Below are positions 25,833 to 39,297 of a DNA stretch of 64,000 nt, one piece after another. Below the pieces are notes generated by a model. It was not told the DNA's origin. It was given only the letters and a program-made list of their open reading frames with translations, and ran no database searches. Within the stretch, counting starts at the first letter, position 1. The number at the start of each line of letters is the position of its first letter. Origin of the DNA: Eledone cirrhosa (taxonomy: Eukaryota); contig OZ024742.1 in NCBI GenBank assembly GCA_964016885.1, forward strand, positions 285,882,001 through 285,946,000, given 5' to 3'. Both the position numbers and the translations under genes were made by a program.

Positions 25833-26473
25833 GTCGTATATCACTAATTTTAAGTATTAAAGTAATAAAGCATTTAAATATAAGTTTGAAAGCAGAGACA
25901 ACTGAGAGTTCCAGCTATAGCTTGTCAACAAAATCTCCATACGGTTTAAATACACAAGTCTCCGATATCCAAATGGTTAAATGTCAGAAAATGTGCACCC
26001 AGGAGTCATGACTTGGATGTGGCTCGCCCTTCTTAGGATGTAAGAAGTTAAGAGTCGAAACGCTTTCTCGGATGGCTTTCTTCTCTGAAGACCTTCTGCT
26101 GTCCAGCTCTCTTGAGAGTTTCTTACCATTATAGATTTTAATTTATATTCCTAGACCAGTGTTTTTAAGGGCCAAAGCACTTGCTTGAGAGGGGGTTTCT
26201 TCTGTGAAGACCTTCTGCTGACCTGCTCTCCTGAGAGTTCCTTATCACTATCTAAATTATTCCTCCTGCATTTCTCTTCTGTCCTTGATCTAATTCTCTT
26301 ATCTCAGTTTCTTATATTACTGTTGTAGTTGTTTGAAATTATAATTTGCTTATCTTCAAGGTGGTCTTGATGAGCGTTTTAACTGACTTTTCATGCTGAT
26401 ATCCTGAGAACTGAGAAAGAATTTCATAAAATAAGTAGTAGTCATGTACTAATTGTCAGGTCATACTTTTGTC

Positions 26474-26610
26474 TACTACTGGTACCATGTAACCTAGTAC
26501 AACCTGCTTCATGATTGAATGGTCGGCGAATAAATCGGCTCCCCTCCAAACCCTGGTCTGGTGAGGAGGGTAAATGGAACCCCAGCAGCACAAAAACAAG
26601 AGCTGCTAAA
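26474..26610 (+). mobile_element. Diverged RTE-type 5' leader related to the 22-23.8 kb units
   Basis: tactggtaccatgtaacctagtacaacctg...ggtgaggagggt...aaaaacaa is colinear with the reverse complement of ~23700-23830. Confidence 0.65.
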
Positions 26611-26864
26611 AGAAAAAATCTCTTCCAATATTAAGTTTAAATTCTCAATTGAAATTCCAGTCAACCTGACTTATCTTTCTCCGTTTCAGTATTATATCAG
26701 TGTCGGCTGTTTAATAAGAATTTCAATATCTTTATTATTCATAGTTTGAGAAATACATCGAGAGTTAATAATCTTGATATTAGAATTAAGACGTTAAAAT
26801 ATCAGATAGAGTACTTTACGGTATTACAGTTTTCTGTTCTCTCTCAGTTCAAATTGCGCTGCTG

Positions 26865-27585
26865 TTGATCTCGGCAGGATTAGAACTCAGAACGTTACGA
26901 GCGGGAACAAAATGTCGTAAAATATTTTATTTTCCTGGCGTTCTTATAACCCTGCCAATCCCCGATAATGGCTTTAGATTTAGACTCAAGGTCAACAATT
27001 TTGAGGGGGGTGGAAAATCAAATAAATTGACCCAGTACGTTACTGCTACTTTATTTTATTGACCACGTAAGGATGAAAGGCAAAGTTAACCTCGGCGAGA
27101 TTTCAGCCCAGAACGTAAAGGGCCGTATCTCTATGCTGAAAATCATGTTTTCCGACGCTCTACCGATACTGCCAATCTACCGCCTTGAGATGGGGTATAA
27201 TAATGGTTTCTGATTTAGGTACAAGGCAGCAATTTTGGCGGGGAGGGGAAAGTAGATTAGATCGACCCCAGTGCGTTACTGGACATTATATATCGACCCC
27301 GCACGGATGAAAAACAAAGGTAACCTCGGTGGGATTTGAACTCCGAACGTAAAAGTACATAATTCTATGCCACAAAGCCTGTTGTCGGACGCTGTACCGA
27401 ATGTGTCAATCAACGATAATAAAAGCACTGGATTGGCAGTATCGGTAGAGCGTCAGACACCATGCTTTGCAGCATAGAGTTATGGCCCTTTACGTTCGGA
27501 GTTTAATTTTGTCTTTCATCTTTACGAGGTCGATAAAATAATGTACCAGTAATTGCTGACCTTGTGCCAAAAGTAGAAACAATTA
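26865..27585. mobile_element. SINE cluster
   Basis: About three minus copies and one plus copy of the dominant SINE. Confidence 0.8.
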
Positions 27586-28481
27586 TTATAGTAGCTATAA
27601 GATATATATGTGCACAGCTGGTCTCATTTTTTTCAAGACACATCATAAGTCAAATACATATTTTGAATAAACTGCTGTACGACACGTACACACACACATA
27701 TACACACAAGTATATACATATACATATACGCACACAAGTATATACATACACACGTACATACACACATACATACTTACACATCTATATACAGAAACACGTA
27801 TATATGTACACACATACATACACTTACACACACACATATGGACACACACATACATAAACACACAAATACATATGCACACATACACATGCATACATGCACA
27901 CACACATACAGTTATACATATACACACATATGCACATACACTTATACACATACATACACACACACAAACGTATATATGTGCATACATACACATACACACA
28001 CATGCATATATATGCGCAAATGTATATATATATATATATATACACATATTCTTTATTGGATCTCCGTCGTTAACGACCACAATTGTTTCAGTTATTTGAC
28101 AAACGAGACAACCTGCTTATGAAATTAACGTGCAAGTGCCTGAGCATTCCACAGACACGTGATCCGTTAACGTATGTCTCAGGGTGATTCAGTGTGACAC
28201 ATTGCAGCTGTGAAAAGTAAAGTGTCTTTCTCAAGGACACAATGGGCCCACGAGGAATTTAACTCATCATCAGGAATTGATCACGCTAACCACTAAACCA
28301 TACACATACACACTTACATACACTTACACGCATACACATACACACGCATATACACACATGCATATAAACATACACACATGCATGCGCGCCTGCACACACA
28401 CACATACACATACACATACACATACACATACGCACACACATGGACAGATTAGTACACAAGCACACAAGCGTACACACACAG

Positions 28482-28513
<32 letters not shown>

Positions 28514-28957
28514 GTATATACACACACGCGCGTAGACATGTACACAGGCGCACATACACACATACATACACGTATGCACATATAAATATCATCAGACACA
28601 CCCTGTCTAGTTCTCTCTCTCTCTCTCTCTCTCTCCTACCTCACTTTCTCCTACCTCACTCTCTCTCCCACCTCTCCCCTACCAAACCTACGCATCTTTC
28701 TTTTCTTGACTCTTTCTATCCATCTGTCTCACAGTCTCTCTAACTCTCTCCCCCTCTCTCTCTTTCTCTCTCTCTCTCTTTCTCTCTCACTCTCACTCTC
28801 TCTCTCTCTCTATTCCCACTCTCCTCCTATACAAATGTCATTAAACGTAACACTTACTCTTTTCCCCTCTCTCTACTCTCCCTCTTTCTGTTTGTCTCTC
28901 TCTCGGTTTCTGTCTCTGTCTGACTCTATGTCTGCTCTCTCTCTCTCACCCTCTCTT

Positions 28958-29030
<73 letters not shown>

Positions 29031-29063
29031 TGTATATAGATGTATATTTTTATATTGTTATTT

Positions 29064-29175
<112 letters not shown>

Positions 29176-29304
29176 TACACCGCACCTCCTAACCCACACC
29201 TACCCACACACGCACACGTCGTCCTGCAAATAATCACAGATGTTACTTCTTCGCCCAGTGACCTACTCTCTATATTGTTATAATGTCTGCCCACGCGTTG
29301 GCTG

Positions 29305-30330
29305 GCTATGATGATGATGATGATGAAGGTTGGGGGGGGGGGGGTGCTACTGTGGTGGTGGTGGTGTTGCTGGTGACGATGGTGGTGATGGTGGTGGTGG
29401 TGGTGGTGATGGTGGTGGTGATGGTGGTGGTGGTGGTGATGATGGTGACGGTGGTATTGTGACAGTGTTGGTGGTGGTGGGGATGGTGGGGGGGGGGGGG
29501 GGGGGGTAATAGTTGTGATAGTGATGGTGGTGGTGGTGGTGGTGGTGCCGATGATGATGACGTCGGTGGTAATATCTGTGATGACGGTGGTGTTGGTGTT
29601 GGTGGTGGTGATGGTGGTGGTGTTGGTGTTGGTGGTGGTGATGGTGGTGGTGTTGGTGTTGGTATTGGTGGTGGTGATGGTGGTGGTGTTGGTGTTGGTG
29701 GTGGTGATGGTGGTGGTGTTAGTGGTGGTGATGATGGTGGTGTTGGTGTTGGTGGTGGTGATGGTGGTGGTGTTGGTGTTGGTGTTAGTGGTGGTGATGA
29801 TGGTGGTGTTGGTGTTGGTGGTGTTGGTGTTGGTGGTGGTGATGGTGGTGGTGTTGGTGTTGGTGTTAGTGGTGGTGATGATGGTGGTGTTGGTGTTGGT
29901 GGTGGTGATGGTGGTAGTGTTGGTGTTGGTGATGGTGGTGGTGATGATGGTGGTGTTGGTGTTGGTGGTGGTGATGGTGGTAGTGTTGGTGTTGGTGATG
30001 GTGGTGGTGGTGGTGTTATAAATGGATGGTATTATGGCGGTGGTGCTGTTGGTGGTATTGTGACGGTGTTGGTGATGATGGTGGTAGTGGTGGTGGTGCT
30101 ACTATGGCTGTGTTGGTGGTGATGGTGCTACTATGGCTGTGTTGGTGGTGATGGTGCTACTATGGCTGTGTTGGTGGTGATGGCGATGATGATGACGGTG
30201 GTTTTGTCAGTGGTGGTGATGGTGGTGGTGGTCCTGCGACTGTTGGCGATGGTGATGACGGTGGTGATGGTGATGTCGGTGGTGACGGTTGTGATAGTGA
30301 TGATGATGATGATGATGGTGGTGGTGACGG
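29305..30330. repeat. (GGT/GAT)n low-complexity array with 27-33-bp higher-order units
   Basis: Direct reading; gives a poly-Val pseudo-ORF. Confidence 0.92.
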
Positions 30331-30483
30331 CTTCGCATCTTATTGTTATTATAACGCTAACAGGTAATAATAACAGATTCGCAAACTCCCACACATACAT
30401 ACGCAAAACCACAAAACACATACACATAGGCATTTGTGTATTTGTCTGTATATGCGTGTGTGTGTGTGTGTGTGCGCGCGCCC

Positions 30484-30537
<54 letters not shown>

Positions 30538-30624
30538 TATATACATACATATATAATATATAATATATATATACATACATATATAATATATAATATATAA
30601 TATATATATATACATACATATATA

Positions 30625-30714
<90 letters not shown>

Positions 30715-30962
30715 GAGTGAGAGAGAGAGGGGAGATAGATAGAGAGATGTGTGTGTATGTCTGTATATATTTTGATGTGTATGTGTGTATCCAAACACTC
30801 GCCACACACACACACACACAAACATGTATTCGTCCCAACAAAATGAGACCTCTAATTGTAATGACGCATTTTCGCCACAAGCTGGTGATATATTATGGCA
30901 CTTAGTGTTTTCCGTATGTAAACACTGCAAAAATTTAACACAACCATACACTTCTATCTAGA

Positions 30963-31119
30963 CACGTGATGGGTAAACTGCGGCCCGCGAGCCGCATGCA
31001 ACCCGTTTGGTTTTTTGAATGTCACGCTTCATTTTAAAATTGCCTTGAAATCTTTAGTTAGTGCAGCCCGCTTTTGAAGAGTCACATCCTAAGCGGCTCG
31101 AAAAGGTTGCCTATGCCTG
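30963..31119. mobile_element. hAT (Charlie-like) MITE
   Basis: Imperfect TIRs (cacgtgatgggtaaact / aggttgcctatgcctg), gcggcccgc subterminal motif, TSD-like atctagac / atctggac. Confidence 0.6.
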
Positions 31120-31142
31120 ATCTGGACTATGTGGATGTATTC

Positions 31143-31177
<35 letters not shown>

Positions 31178-31184
31178 CTATTTT

Positions 31185-31350
31185 GAGGACCAACTCACGG
31201 TAGCCGCAGTAGAGGAAGACCTGCTTATACCTTCATCGATCAACTCTCAGACCATACAAAGTTTGGTAAGAAACAGTTGCCAGGAGCAATGGACAATCGT
31301 GAATTGTGGAGAGACTTTGTCAGGAATGTTCGACTGTGATCGCTATGATG
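31185..31350 (+). pseudogene. RTE-like LINE 3' coding remnant
   Basis: PTHGSRSRGRPAYTFIDQL...AMDNRELWRDFV. Confidence 0.75.
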
Positions 31351-32246
31351 ATATATTCGCTTAATGTCATTCCAGATTCCAGAACTTAAGCGACTGGAAG
31401 TACAAAACTGTCCTTCGTCACATGATTACCTCTCGGCTACTTTCAATACTTTTTCCCCTTTCAGCTGAATGGACTAGAGCAAAGGGAAATGAACTCCCTT
31501 ACTCAAGGATACAATGCACCATCCGGTCTGGGAATCAAACCCACGACCTTACAATTGCCGACTCAACGACACAAGCTAACTACTAGGCTATGTGCTTTTA
31601 TGGTTGTTGGCTACGTTTTTGTTTTGTTCAATAAGACGAATACTTTTGCGATGTGTATGGATGCCACAACTTCCATTCAACTAGTTGAAGCCAATAATCA
31701 CCGATCTCTCGTTCATGTACGTGAATGAATTATATATTGTGTCACTAGGATGCGTGTGGCTGCTTGTGTGCGTATATGTGTGTGTGCTTGCGTGTCTCTG
31801 TGTGTCTGTGTAGCTGCGTGTCTGACTGTGTCTGCATGTGTGTCTGTGTGGGGTTGTGCATCTGTGTGTGCCTGCCTATATGTATGTGAACAGTATCTGT
31901 TTATACCTACTTACAATGGAAACCTAATACGATATAATGGGCACATGTGTAAACATGTGCATGAGTGTGTGATGCGTTGCTGTATATATATGTGTATAAG
32001 TGTGCCTACATTTCTCTGTATATGTGTGTAGATAATCACATATTGATTGCGAATTGGCAAAGCTGTTAGAACGTCAGATTAAAGACTGCCACGGTATTTG
32101 TTTCGGCTCACTCTGCCTTAAGTTCAAATCCTGTGGAGGTCGAATATGCCTTTGGAGGTAGATAAAGTGCCCTCATGACTCCATCAAGAGTTAAGTGCCC
32201 TTTATCCTTATTAATATAGGTGATATAGTACTTGACAGGTACTTTC

Positions 32247-32277
<31 letters not shown>

Positions 32278-32382
32278 GAGTGTATGTATAATATATTTGG
32301 CAATATACCGTTTAGAAGACCATACGCTATCAGTTTTAAAGTAGCGACTATGTCACTTCTTTTCGGCGAAAGAATGGAGAGA

Positions 32383-32424
32383 AGCTGACAGTATGTTTCA
32401 CGCTGGTTGGCGTTCATCAGAGCC
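32383..32424 (-). ncRNA. Canonical type-I hammerhead motif in a ~290-bp ORF-less element (32280-32565)
   Basis: ggct-CTGATGA-acgc-caacca-gcgt-GAAA-ca-tac-tg-TC-agct; diverged homologue at 60341-60640 (+). Confidence 0.85.
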
Positions 32425-32565
32425 ACGTACTCCCCTTCTTCCGCCGAAAATTATAGAAGCTGGATTCTTATAGAATTCCAGTAATAATCAGGAGCTGATT
32501 ATACAGAGCGATTGCCGGTCCAGCAAAAATTAGGTATTAGGATTGGTGCTCTGAAATAGCGATGT

Positions 32566-32638
<73 letters not shown>

Positions 32639-33300
32639 AATATAAATTAGCGAGAATCGTATTTCGGCTTTGGAATTAGCGAAAAACAACTTTCGAGATG
32701 TGTGGCAAGCGCTCAATAATTCTGGCGAACCAGAGCTACAACATACGTTAAAGGCCAAACACACTGAGACGATGGTTAAACCGTCATCCGCACAGCCATA
32801 GAAACGACCAAGTAATTCGGGTCAAACAAATAAAAAAAATATGTGATTGAAAAATTTACCCGGACCCCTGGATGGTTGGTAAAATCCAGTATTTGGGTTT
32901 CTGCGACTCCTAAATCAAATACTGTCCGCTTAGACAAATAATGTTAGGCTTCTGGTAAGATGATTGAACAAGGAAGTCACTTTTTCAACAGGTTTTAGTT
33001 CAAGTGCCAGGCCAAGGAATGACCATTACCGATACCCACGTGGGGCTCGATAAGGGAGGCAACCCTTATTTTTGGCGGATGAAATTCAGTATGTGTATAT
33101 TATTGCAAAAATGCAAAATATCACAAAACGAATTAAGCTCTCAACAGAATGGTTATAAGTTAACAAAAGCTATTCATCAGTCAATAGAATCAACTAAAAA
33201 AATCAAGAAAATTAACTGTCACTTTTTCAACAGGTTTTAGTTCAAGTGCCAGGCCAAGGGATGACCGTTACCGATACCTACGTGGGGCTCGACGTGAGGC

Positions 33301-33339
<39 letters not shown>

Positions 33340-33545
33340 TTCTTCGCCCACTTATTCCTGAGAGGGTCGTTGGGGCAGAGTCCTCATGCACGCCTTCTAG
33401 CGGGTCATGTCAAAAGGAACTGTCTCCAATTGATCCGGCCAATTGACCCCTGGATCTTCTGCCGGTTGGTTTTGCCCGTAAAATCTGTCCAGCGATTCTT
33501 TCCTTAGGCACTCTAATCACACATATCCGTAATATAGGAGCTGTG
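33340..33545 (-). mobile_element. RTE-like LINE 3' end; related copies at ~2295-2400, 43915-44108, 44838-44965, 54350-54460
   Basis: Shared KP.G.R.RG / ctggaagaagtgtttgaggactctgcccc / tctcaggaataa..gggcgaagaag sequence. Confidence 0.65.
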
Positions 33546-33557
33546 ATATATATATAT

Positions 33558-33730
33558 AGTAATAATAATAAATGTGAAGACTAAAATCCAAAGAGAGCTC
33601 GATAAGGATAAATATATATCAAATATATAAGAACATTATAGCAAATATTTATTAAAACAATAGATTAAAGTTTAAGCAAAGAATCGCTGCTTTCACCATT
33701 AACGGGATCTTCTGAGTTATTTTAATAAAT
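33558..33730 (-). mobile_element. Solo pLTR of the 8687-11900 family with short inverted 5' piece, in (TA)n
   Basis: 33558-33715 is antisense to 19533-19692; 33716-33730 is a sense piece gttatttttaataaat. Confidence 0.85.
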
Positions 33731-34740
33731 ATATATATATATAAATGCGTGTGTGCGTGTGTGTTTATATGTGTATTTATATATATATGAGTTCAAATCC
33801 CGCCGAGGTTAACTTTGCCTTTCATCCTTACGGGGTCGATAAAATAAAGTACCAGTAATACACTGGGTAATTGCTGGCCTTGTGCCTAACGTAGAAACAA
33901 ATATTTATATATATATGCATATATGTATATATGTATGTATATATTGAATGTGTGTGTGTTTGTGATGATTGTGATAGCAAAGAAGTGAGTCAATTAAAAG
34001 AAACAAGTAAAGTTATATCGATTAAATTCCCTTATGGTATTATTCTGCATGTCAGGACATATGTTAGAATGTTAAGGTTAACTATGGAATAATATCAAAG
34101 TCAAAAGTGAAACCTTCAACATAATTCTTTTTACATTTGGCACAAACCCAACAATTTTGAAGGAGGGGAAGTCGATTAAATGGACCCCAGTGCATTATTG
34201 GTACTTTATTTTATAAATTTAACCATCAAAATAGAAACAAGAACGTGTATGTGAGTGTGTCTGTCTGTAAAATATTTTTCTTTTTCAAATTATATTAAAG
34301 GTTACCTCATGTGATGGATCCTCAGAATATATTTCAGATATGAATGAGCTTCTACATTTCTACTGCTAAAACATTTTTGAGATAGCTGTATGGATTCATC
34401 GGAAACCAAGAGTTATATTAGTAACATATGAAATATATTTTAAATGTATGCATATATACATGGTCCCGTAACTCCCGAAGAAGTCGTAGGGGCGCCATAT
34501 TAAAATACTGTATTACTAGGGCATATTTAAACTTTGAGGAGCCCATCTCCTGTCCGGGTGTGAATACAGTAGATTTCTTCAGAGAAGGATAGAAAGTGAG
34601 AGAATGGAAGTGAGAAAAAGACATAGATGAATAATAGACCCTTTGAAAAGCAAAGTTCAACAAGGCGGGATTTGAAGTCAGTGAGTAGAGAGTCGAAAAG
34701 AATACCGCCCGAATAACCACCCTGCCAATTCACCGCCTTT

Positions 34741-34778
<38 letters not shown>

Positions 34779-34976
34779 CCATCTGGGGTGCGGGGTATTT
34801 ATGCATGGGTGTTTTCTGGAATGTAAAATGTCTAAAATTAAATGGCTGCTAACTCGATATTTATAGATAAATGCTGGCAAGCGAAGAAAAAAAATAGTGA
34901 TATGAAAAGCTTGATAGCTATGCAGATTAAGAGGGGAGAGAGAGAGGGGGTAGGGGGAGGGAGTGAGAGTTATGTG

Positions 34977-35010
<34 letters not shown>

Positions 35011-35058
35011 CAAGCCTGCTTCGGGCAATGGCAATTATATAATAATAATAATAATAAT

Positions 35059-35100
<42 letters not shown>

Positions 35101-35219
35101 GTTTCTACTTTAAGCACAAGGCCAGCAATTACCAGTACATTACTGGTACTTTATTTTATCGACCCCGTAAGGATGAAAGGCAAAGTTAACCTAATTATAT
35201 ATATAATATAATGAGGTTA

Positions 35220-35544
35220 AATGCGAAGTTCGTTGTAGACGTTTAAAAATCTACTGCGCACAACTGTAAAGTGGAACTGAAGTTCACAGGGGAACAGATA
35301 TTGGCAATGAAAACATCATATCTGTCCGTTCCCTTGTCTGTAGATTGGATTGCCTCGGAAACGAAACCTTATTACGTAAAATGCTGCCTGAGGATTTAGC
35401 GTGACGATTGCGTGATCGTAACAGCACGCATTTAGCGTGACTGATTGCGTGATTGTACCAGCACACAGCCATGATCGTCATTGAAATATGTATCACAGCT
35501 CGATTAATAAAGGATTTTGAAACATCTACAACGAACTTCGCATT
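35220..35544. mobile_element. MITE with ~32-bp terminal inverted repeats
   Basis: aatgcgaagttcgttgtagacgtttaaaaatc ... gattttgaaacatctacaacgaacttcgcatt; TAA/TAG flanks. Confidence 0.75.
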
Positions 35545-37589
35545 AGAAACATGCTAAATATAAGTATTTTCCTGTAAGTTGAAAACATGGTAATTACTTT
35601 TAATCGATGTTGGAACCTTGTTGAGTTCTCATCAGAAGACATGCATATCCTCCAAGCTAACAAATGAAAATATGTAAACGATGGGCTTATTTACAAGTTC
35701 TCTTATTGCAATATCCTGAAATGGACGTACTAATTTGCATATTATTAGCGCTCGTGCTGAAAGTTAATTTTGTTATATAGTAAGTTGTGCACTAAGCAGC
35801 CGAAATATACGGTAAATTTATATCCATATATATCCAGAATTGAAATAACCGAGGCTTTGTAAATATATATACGATTTTACACATTGAGTACATACACAAA
35901 TAAACATGTCAAATATACGTATTTCCTTTATGAATGAATAATTGTTTCTACTTTTTGGCACAAGGCCAGCAATTACCCAGTGCATTACTCGTACTTTATT
36001 TTATCGACCCCGTAAGGATGAAAGGCAAAGTTAACTTCGGCGAGATTTGAACTCAGGATGGCAAGGGTGGTAACTCTATGCGACAAAGCATGGCGTCCGA
36101 CCCTCTACCGATACTGCCAATCCACCGCCAATTCACATTTGTGAATGAATAATGAGTAAATTATAACGTTATAATTTTCGTGTATTTTCTATTTATATTT
36201 CACATATTTATTGATCCATTTTTATTTATATAAACATCCGAGTATTTAATTTACAGAGTAAACATAGCTTAAGTGGATATATTTTGACTTTTTGTACCCC
36301 CCCCCCCTTTCCCCAACGCCGCGTGTCTTCATTATCAGAACATTTTTTATTGATAATTTATTTCTTGTAAATATTCAAATGAGTCTTTTTGTTTGTTTCA
36401 AGTTAATCATTTTTTAATTTCAAAATTAGTATTCACTTCATCATTTTGTTTAAGTACCATGAATTCATGATTATTTCACCTGTATAATATTACCTGATGT
36501 TACACTCATAGAAGCAAAAATGTGTTTCAAATATAGATTATTAACAAAGCAAAATGTATTATGCGAACTGTAATTTTCAGTGACATGTACTTTAAATAAG
36601 GACTATGAAACATTACCCTTAACAATTACTTACATGGATATGTCCTTAACTATTTGGGGCAACGAATTGGCAGAGTCATTAAAGCGTCGGATAGAATGCT
36701 TGGTGGTATTTGTTCCATCCATCTGTTCTCTGAGTTCAAATCCAGTCGAGGTCAACTTTGCCTTTCATCATTACGAGGTTGATAAAAAAAAAGTACCAGT
36801 TCTGGGGCTGGTTCTTCCTCTAGTTCTCTTTCTCACTTCATCTCTCTCACTTTCGATCCTTCTCCGGCAGAAATCTACTGTGTTCAGTCTTGGAGAAAGA
36901 TGGGCTCCGCCAAGCTTAAAATGCCCAAGAAACGTGGTGTGTCAATACGGCGCCTCTACGACTCAACCAGGAGTTACGGGACCATAAAATACCATGGTAT
37001 CTATATATAGATGTGAAAATTAATTGTCCTACTATATGTTTACTTTCTCTCAGCAAGTGACATGCTAAGAATACCAGCCAAATAAACTTGAAATGGCATC
37101 CAACATTTTCACTACATATGATCCTTATTCATTTAAATTAATTTTCTCGCGGTCACCATCCTTTTGAAATCAATAAACTCAAAGAGCCCTAGAGCTACGT
37201 TTGCAGGGCCCTCTGCTCTATTAAAAAAAGGAAGGTCTCAGTGGATAAATGTAATCCAACATACATTGTCTATATATATTACAGGATGATGGTCACAAAT
37301 GGAACGTCTTTGACAAGAGGTTTGCCTTCTCAAGGCTAAACTTTGAGTAAACGCCAATAACAACAAGCAGAACAATTATTATTGAGAGTAATAGCACGCA
37401 GCAACCACAAACATAGTTAAATCTACTCCCACTAGGCTTAAATTAAACAAACATGGTTTAACATCGATTAGGATATACTCTTGTACTATTTTCAGTAAAA
37501 AGTTAGATATGGTGACAGATGTTCTATAATGGCTTCCACTGTAGTTATAGTAGTGTAGCCCACGCATGGCCTAAATATATATTAATGTA

Positions 37590-37702
37590 CATAGCAGCAG
37601 CAGCAGTAGCAGTAGTTGTAGTAGCAGTAGCAGTAGCAGCAGCAGCAGCAGCAACAACAGTAGTAGTAGTAGCAGTAGCAGTAGCAGCAGCAGCAGCAGT
37701 AT

Positions 37703-37735
<33 letters not shown>

Positions 37736-37760
37736 CAGTAGCAGCATCAGCAGCAGCAGC

Positions 37761-37807
<47 letters not shown>

Positions 37808-37850
37808 CAGCAGCAGCAGCAGCAGTAGTAGTAGCAGTAGCAGCAGCAGC

Positions 37851-37905
<55 letters not shown>
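37590..37905. repeat. (GTA)n/(GCA)n compound microsatellite
   Basis: Direct reading. Confidence 0.95.
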
Positions 37906-38354
37906 ATTGGTTACTAGGGATTTAAAATGTGAAAAGCATCGTTTGTGCGACTCGAACTTACGCCCAGGGCAATTTCGTCGCTCTGCGCTCATCTCCGACA
38001 GGCCCGTCTGACAGCTCTTACATGTGTGTAGAGTTTATCTCGAATCGGCAATAGCCTCTCATAGCACTAGCAGGTCAAGAAATTTCTGGAAATTATCCGT
38101 ATTCCCTGGACCGAAAGTTCTCCGGAACAGACTTGTTAGTTCGTTCTCGTCGATACCCAGGACTTCCTTAGAACGTCGTCACACTTCCCCGCCACTTATA
38201 CTCTATAGATTGCTAATGTGGTACTTCTACCGATCAAAATGGCTGACTGGTAGTAGAGCGATGTAAGCTCCTGACAATATTCTAGTTGCCAGTCATCCTT
38301 CCTTGATATTTTCCTCACCCATATAACGGTTTCTAATTTCGGTACAAGTCCAGT

Positions 38355-38500
38355 GAAGCCGCATGGCATAGTGGTTAGAGCATTGGACTTGCAATCGAAA
38401 GGTTGTGAGTTCAATTATTGGATAGGGTGATGTGTTGTTTCCTTGAGCAAGGCACTTTATTTCACGTTGCTCCAGTTTACTCAGCTGTAGAAATGAGATG
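38355..38500 (+). mobile_element. Second tRNA-derived SINE family; other copies at ~2400-2490, 28110-28300, 31460-31600, 55290-55550 (all -)
   Basis: A-box TGGCATAGTGG, B-box GAGTTCAAT, core ccttgagcaaggcactttatttcacgttgctccagt. Confidence 0.75.
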
Positions 38501-39019
38501 ATAGGACTGGGGTCCCTATCATTAAATTACCCAAGACACCTCCAACGAGATATACCTTGGAGGAGGCCAGCTAAACCTGCATAGGTGTGAGCTGTCACAC
38601 ACACACACACAAGTCCAGTAGTTTTGAGGAAGAGAAAACAGATTAAATCGAATCCAGCATTTGACGGTTATTTCATTCCGTTTGTTTCTACTTCTGTCCT
38701 GACTATCATCGTAGCTGTGACCATTGATGCTATAGGAACAGCAGCAACAGTGGTAACAGCTACTGTCTTCCATACTTTTCTTCTTCTTTTGGCGGTGAAT
38801 TGGCAGAGTTGTTAGAGCGTCAGATTACGTACCCCAGTATCTCTACCAGCTCTCTACACACTGAATTCAACTCCCGCCGTAACCAATTTGCCTCTCATAC
38901 ATTTGGAGTCGATAAAGTACCAATCGAGGAGCGATGGATTCGCGGAATTATTAAGGAATTGTAAAAGATAATTTGACGCATCCATATATTGGTTCGTTTT
39001 TTAGTTAAAACCCAGCTTC

Positions 39020-39210
39020 ATTCTGCCAGGAGTTGCGACTGACAGACTGCATTGACAATGGAAAGACCAATGGAAACATTGTTTCCTTGGTCTGATCTGA
39101 CGATCAGCTCCTTTCTTCTACCAGGAGTTGCGACAGATAAATAGTATCAACAATGGAATGGCCAATGGGAACATTGTTTCCTTGGTCCGATCTGATAATC
39201 GGCTTCTTTC
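39020..39210 (+). repeat. Tandem pair of ~95-bp repeat, third copy at ~63305-63385
   Basis: ggagttgc...ggaaagaccaatgg.aacattgtttcct.ggtc.gat.tga shared. Confidence 0.75.
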
Positions 39211-39297
39211 CTTTATCTTTTTGTGTAGAAGGCTATCAAGTCACCTTCATTAAACTCATGTTGCAACTAGGATATTGATTAATCTCATATTCTTAAC

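Noticed and set aside
29515-30021. Hydrophobic 168-aa Val-rich ORF
   Set aside because: Product of the (GGT)n array.
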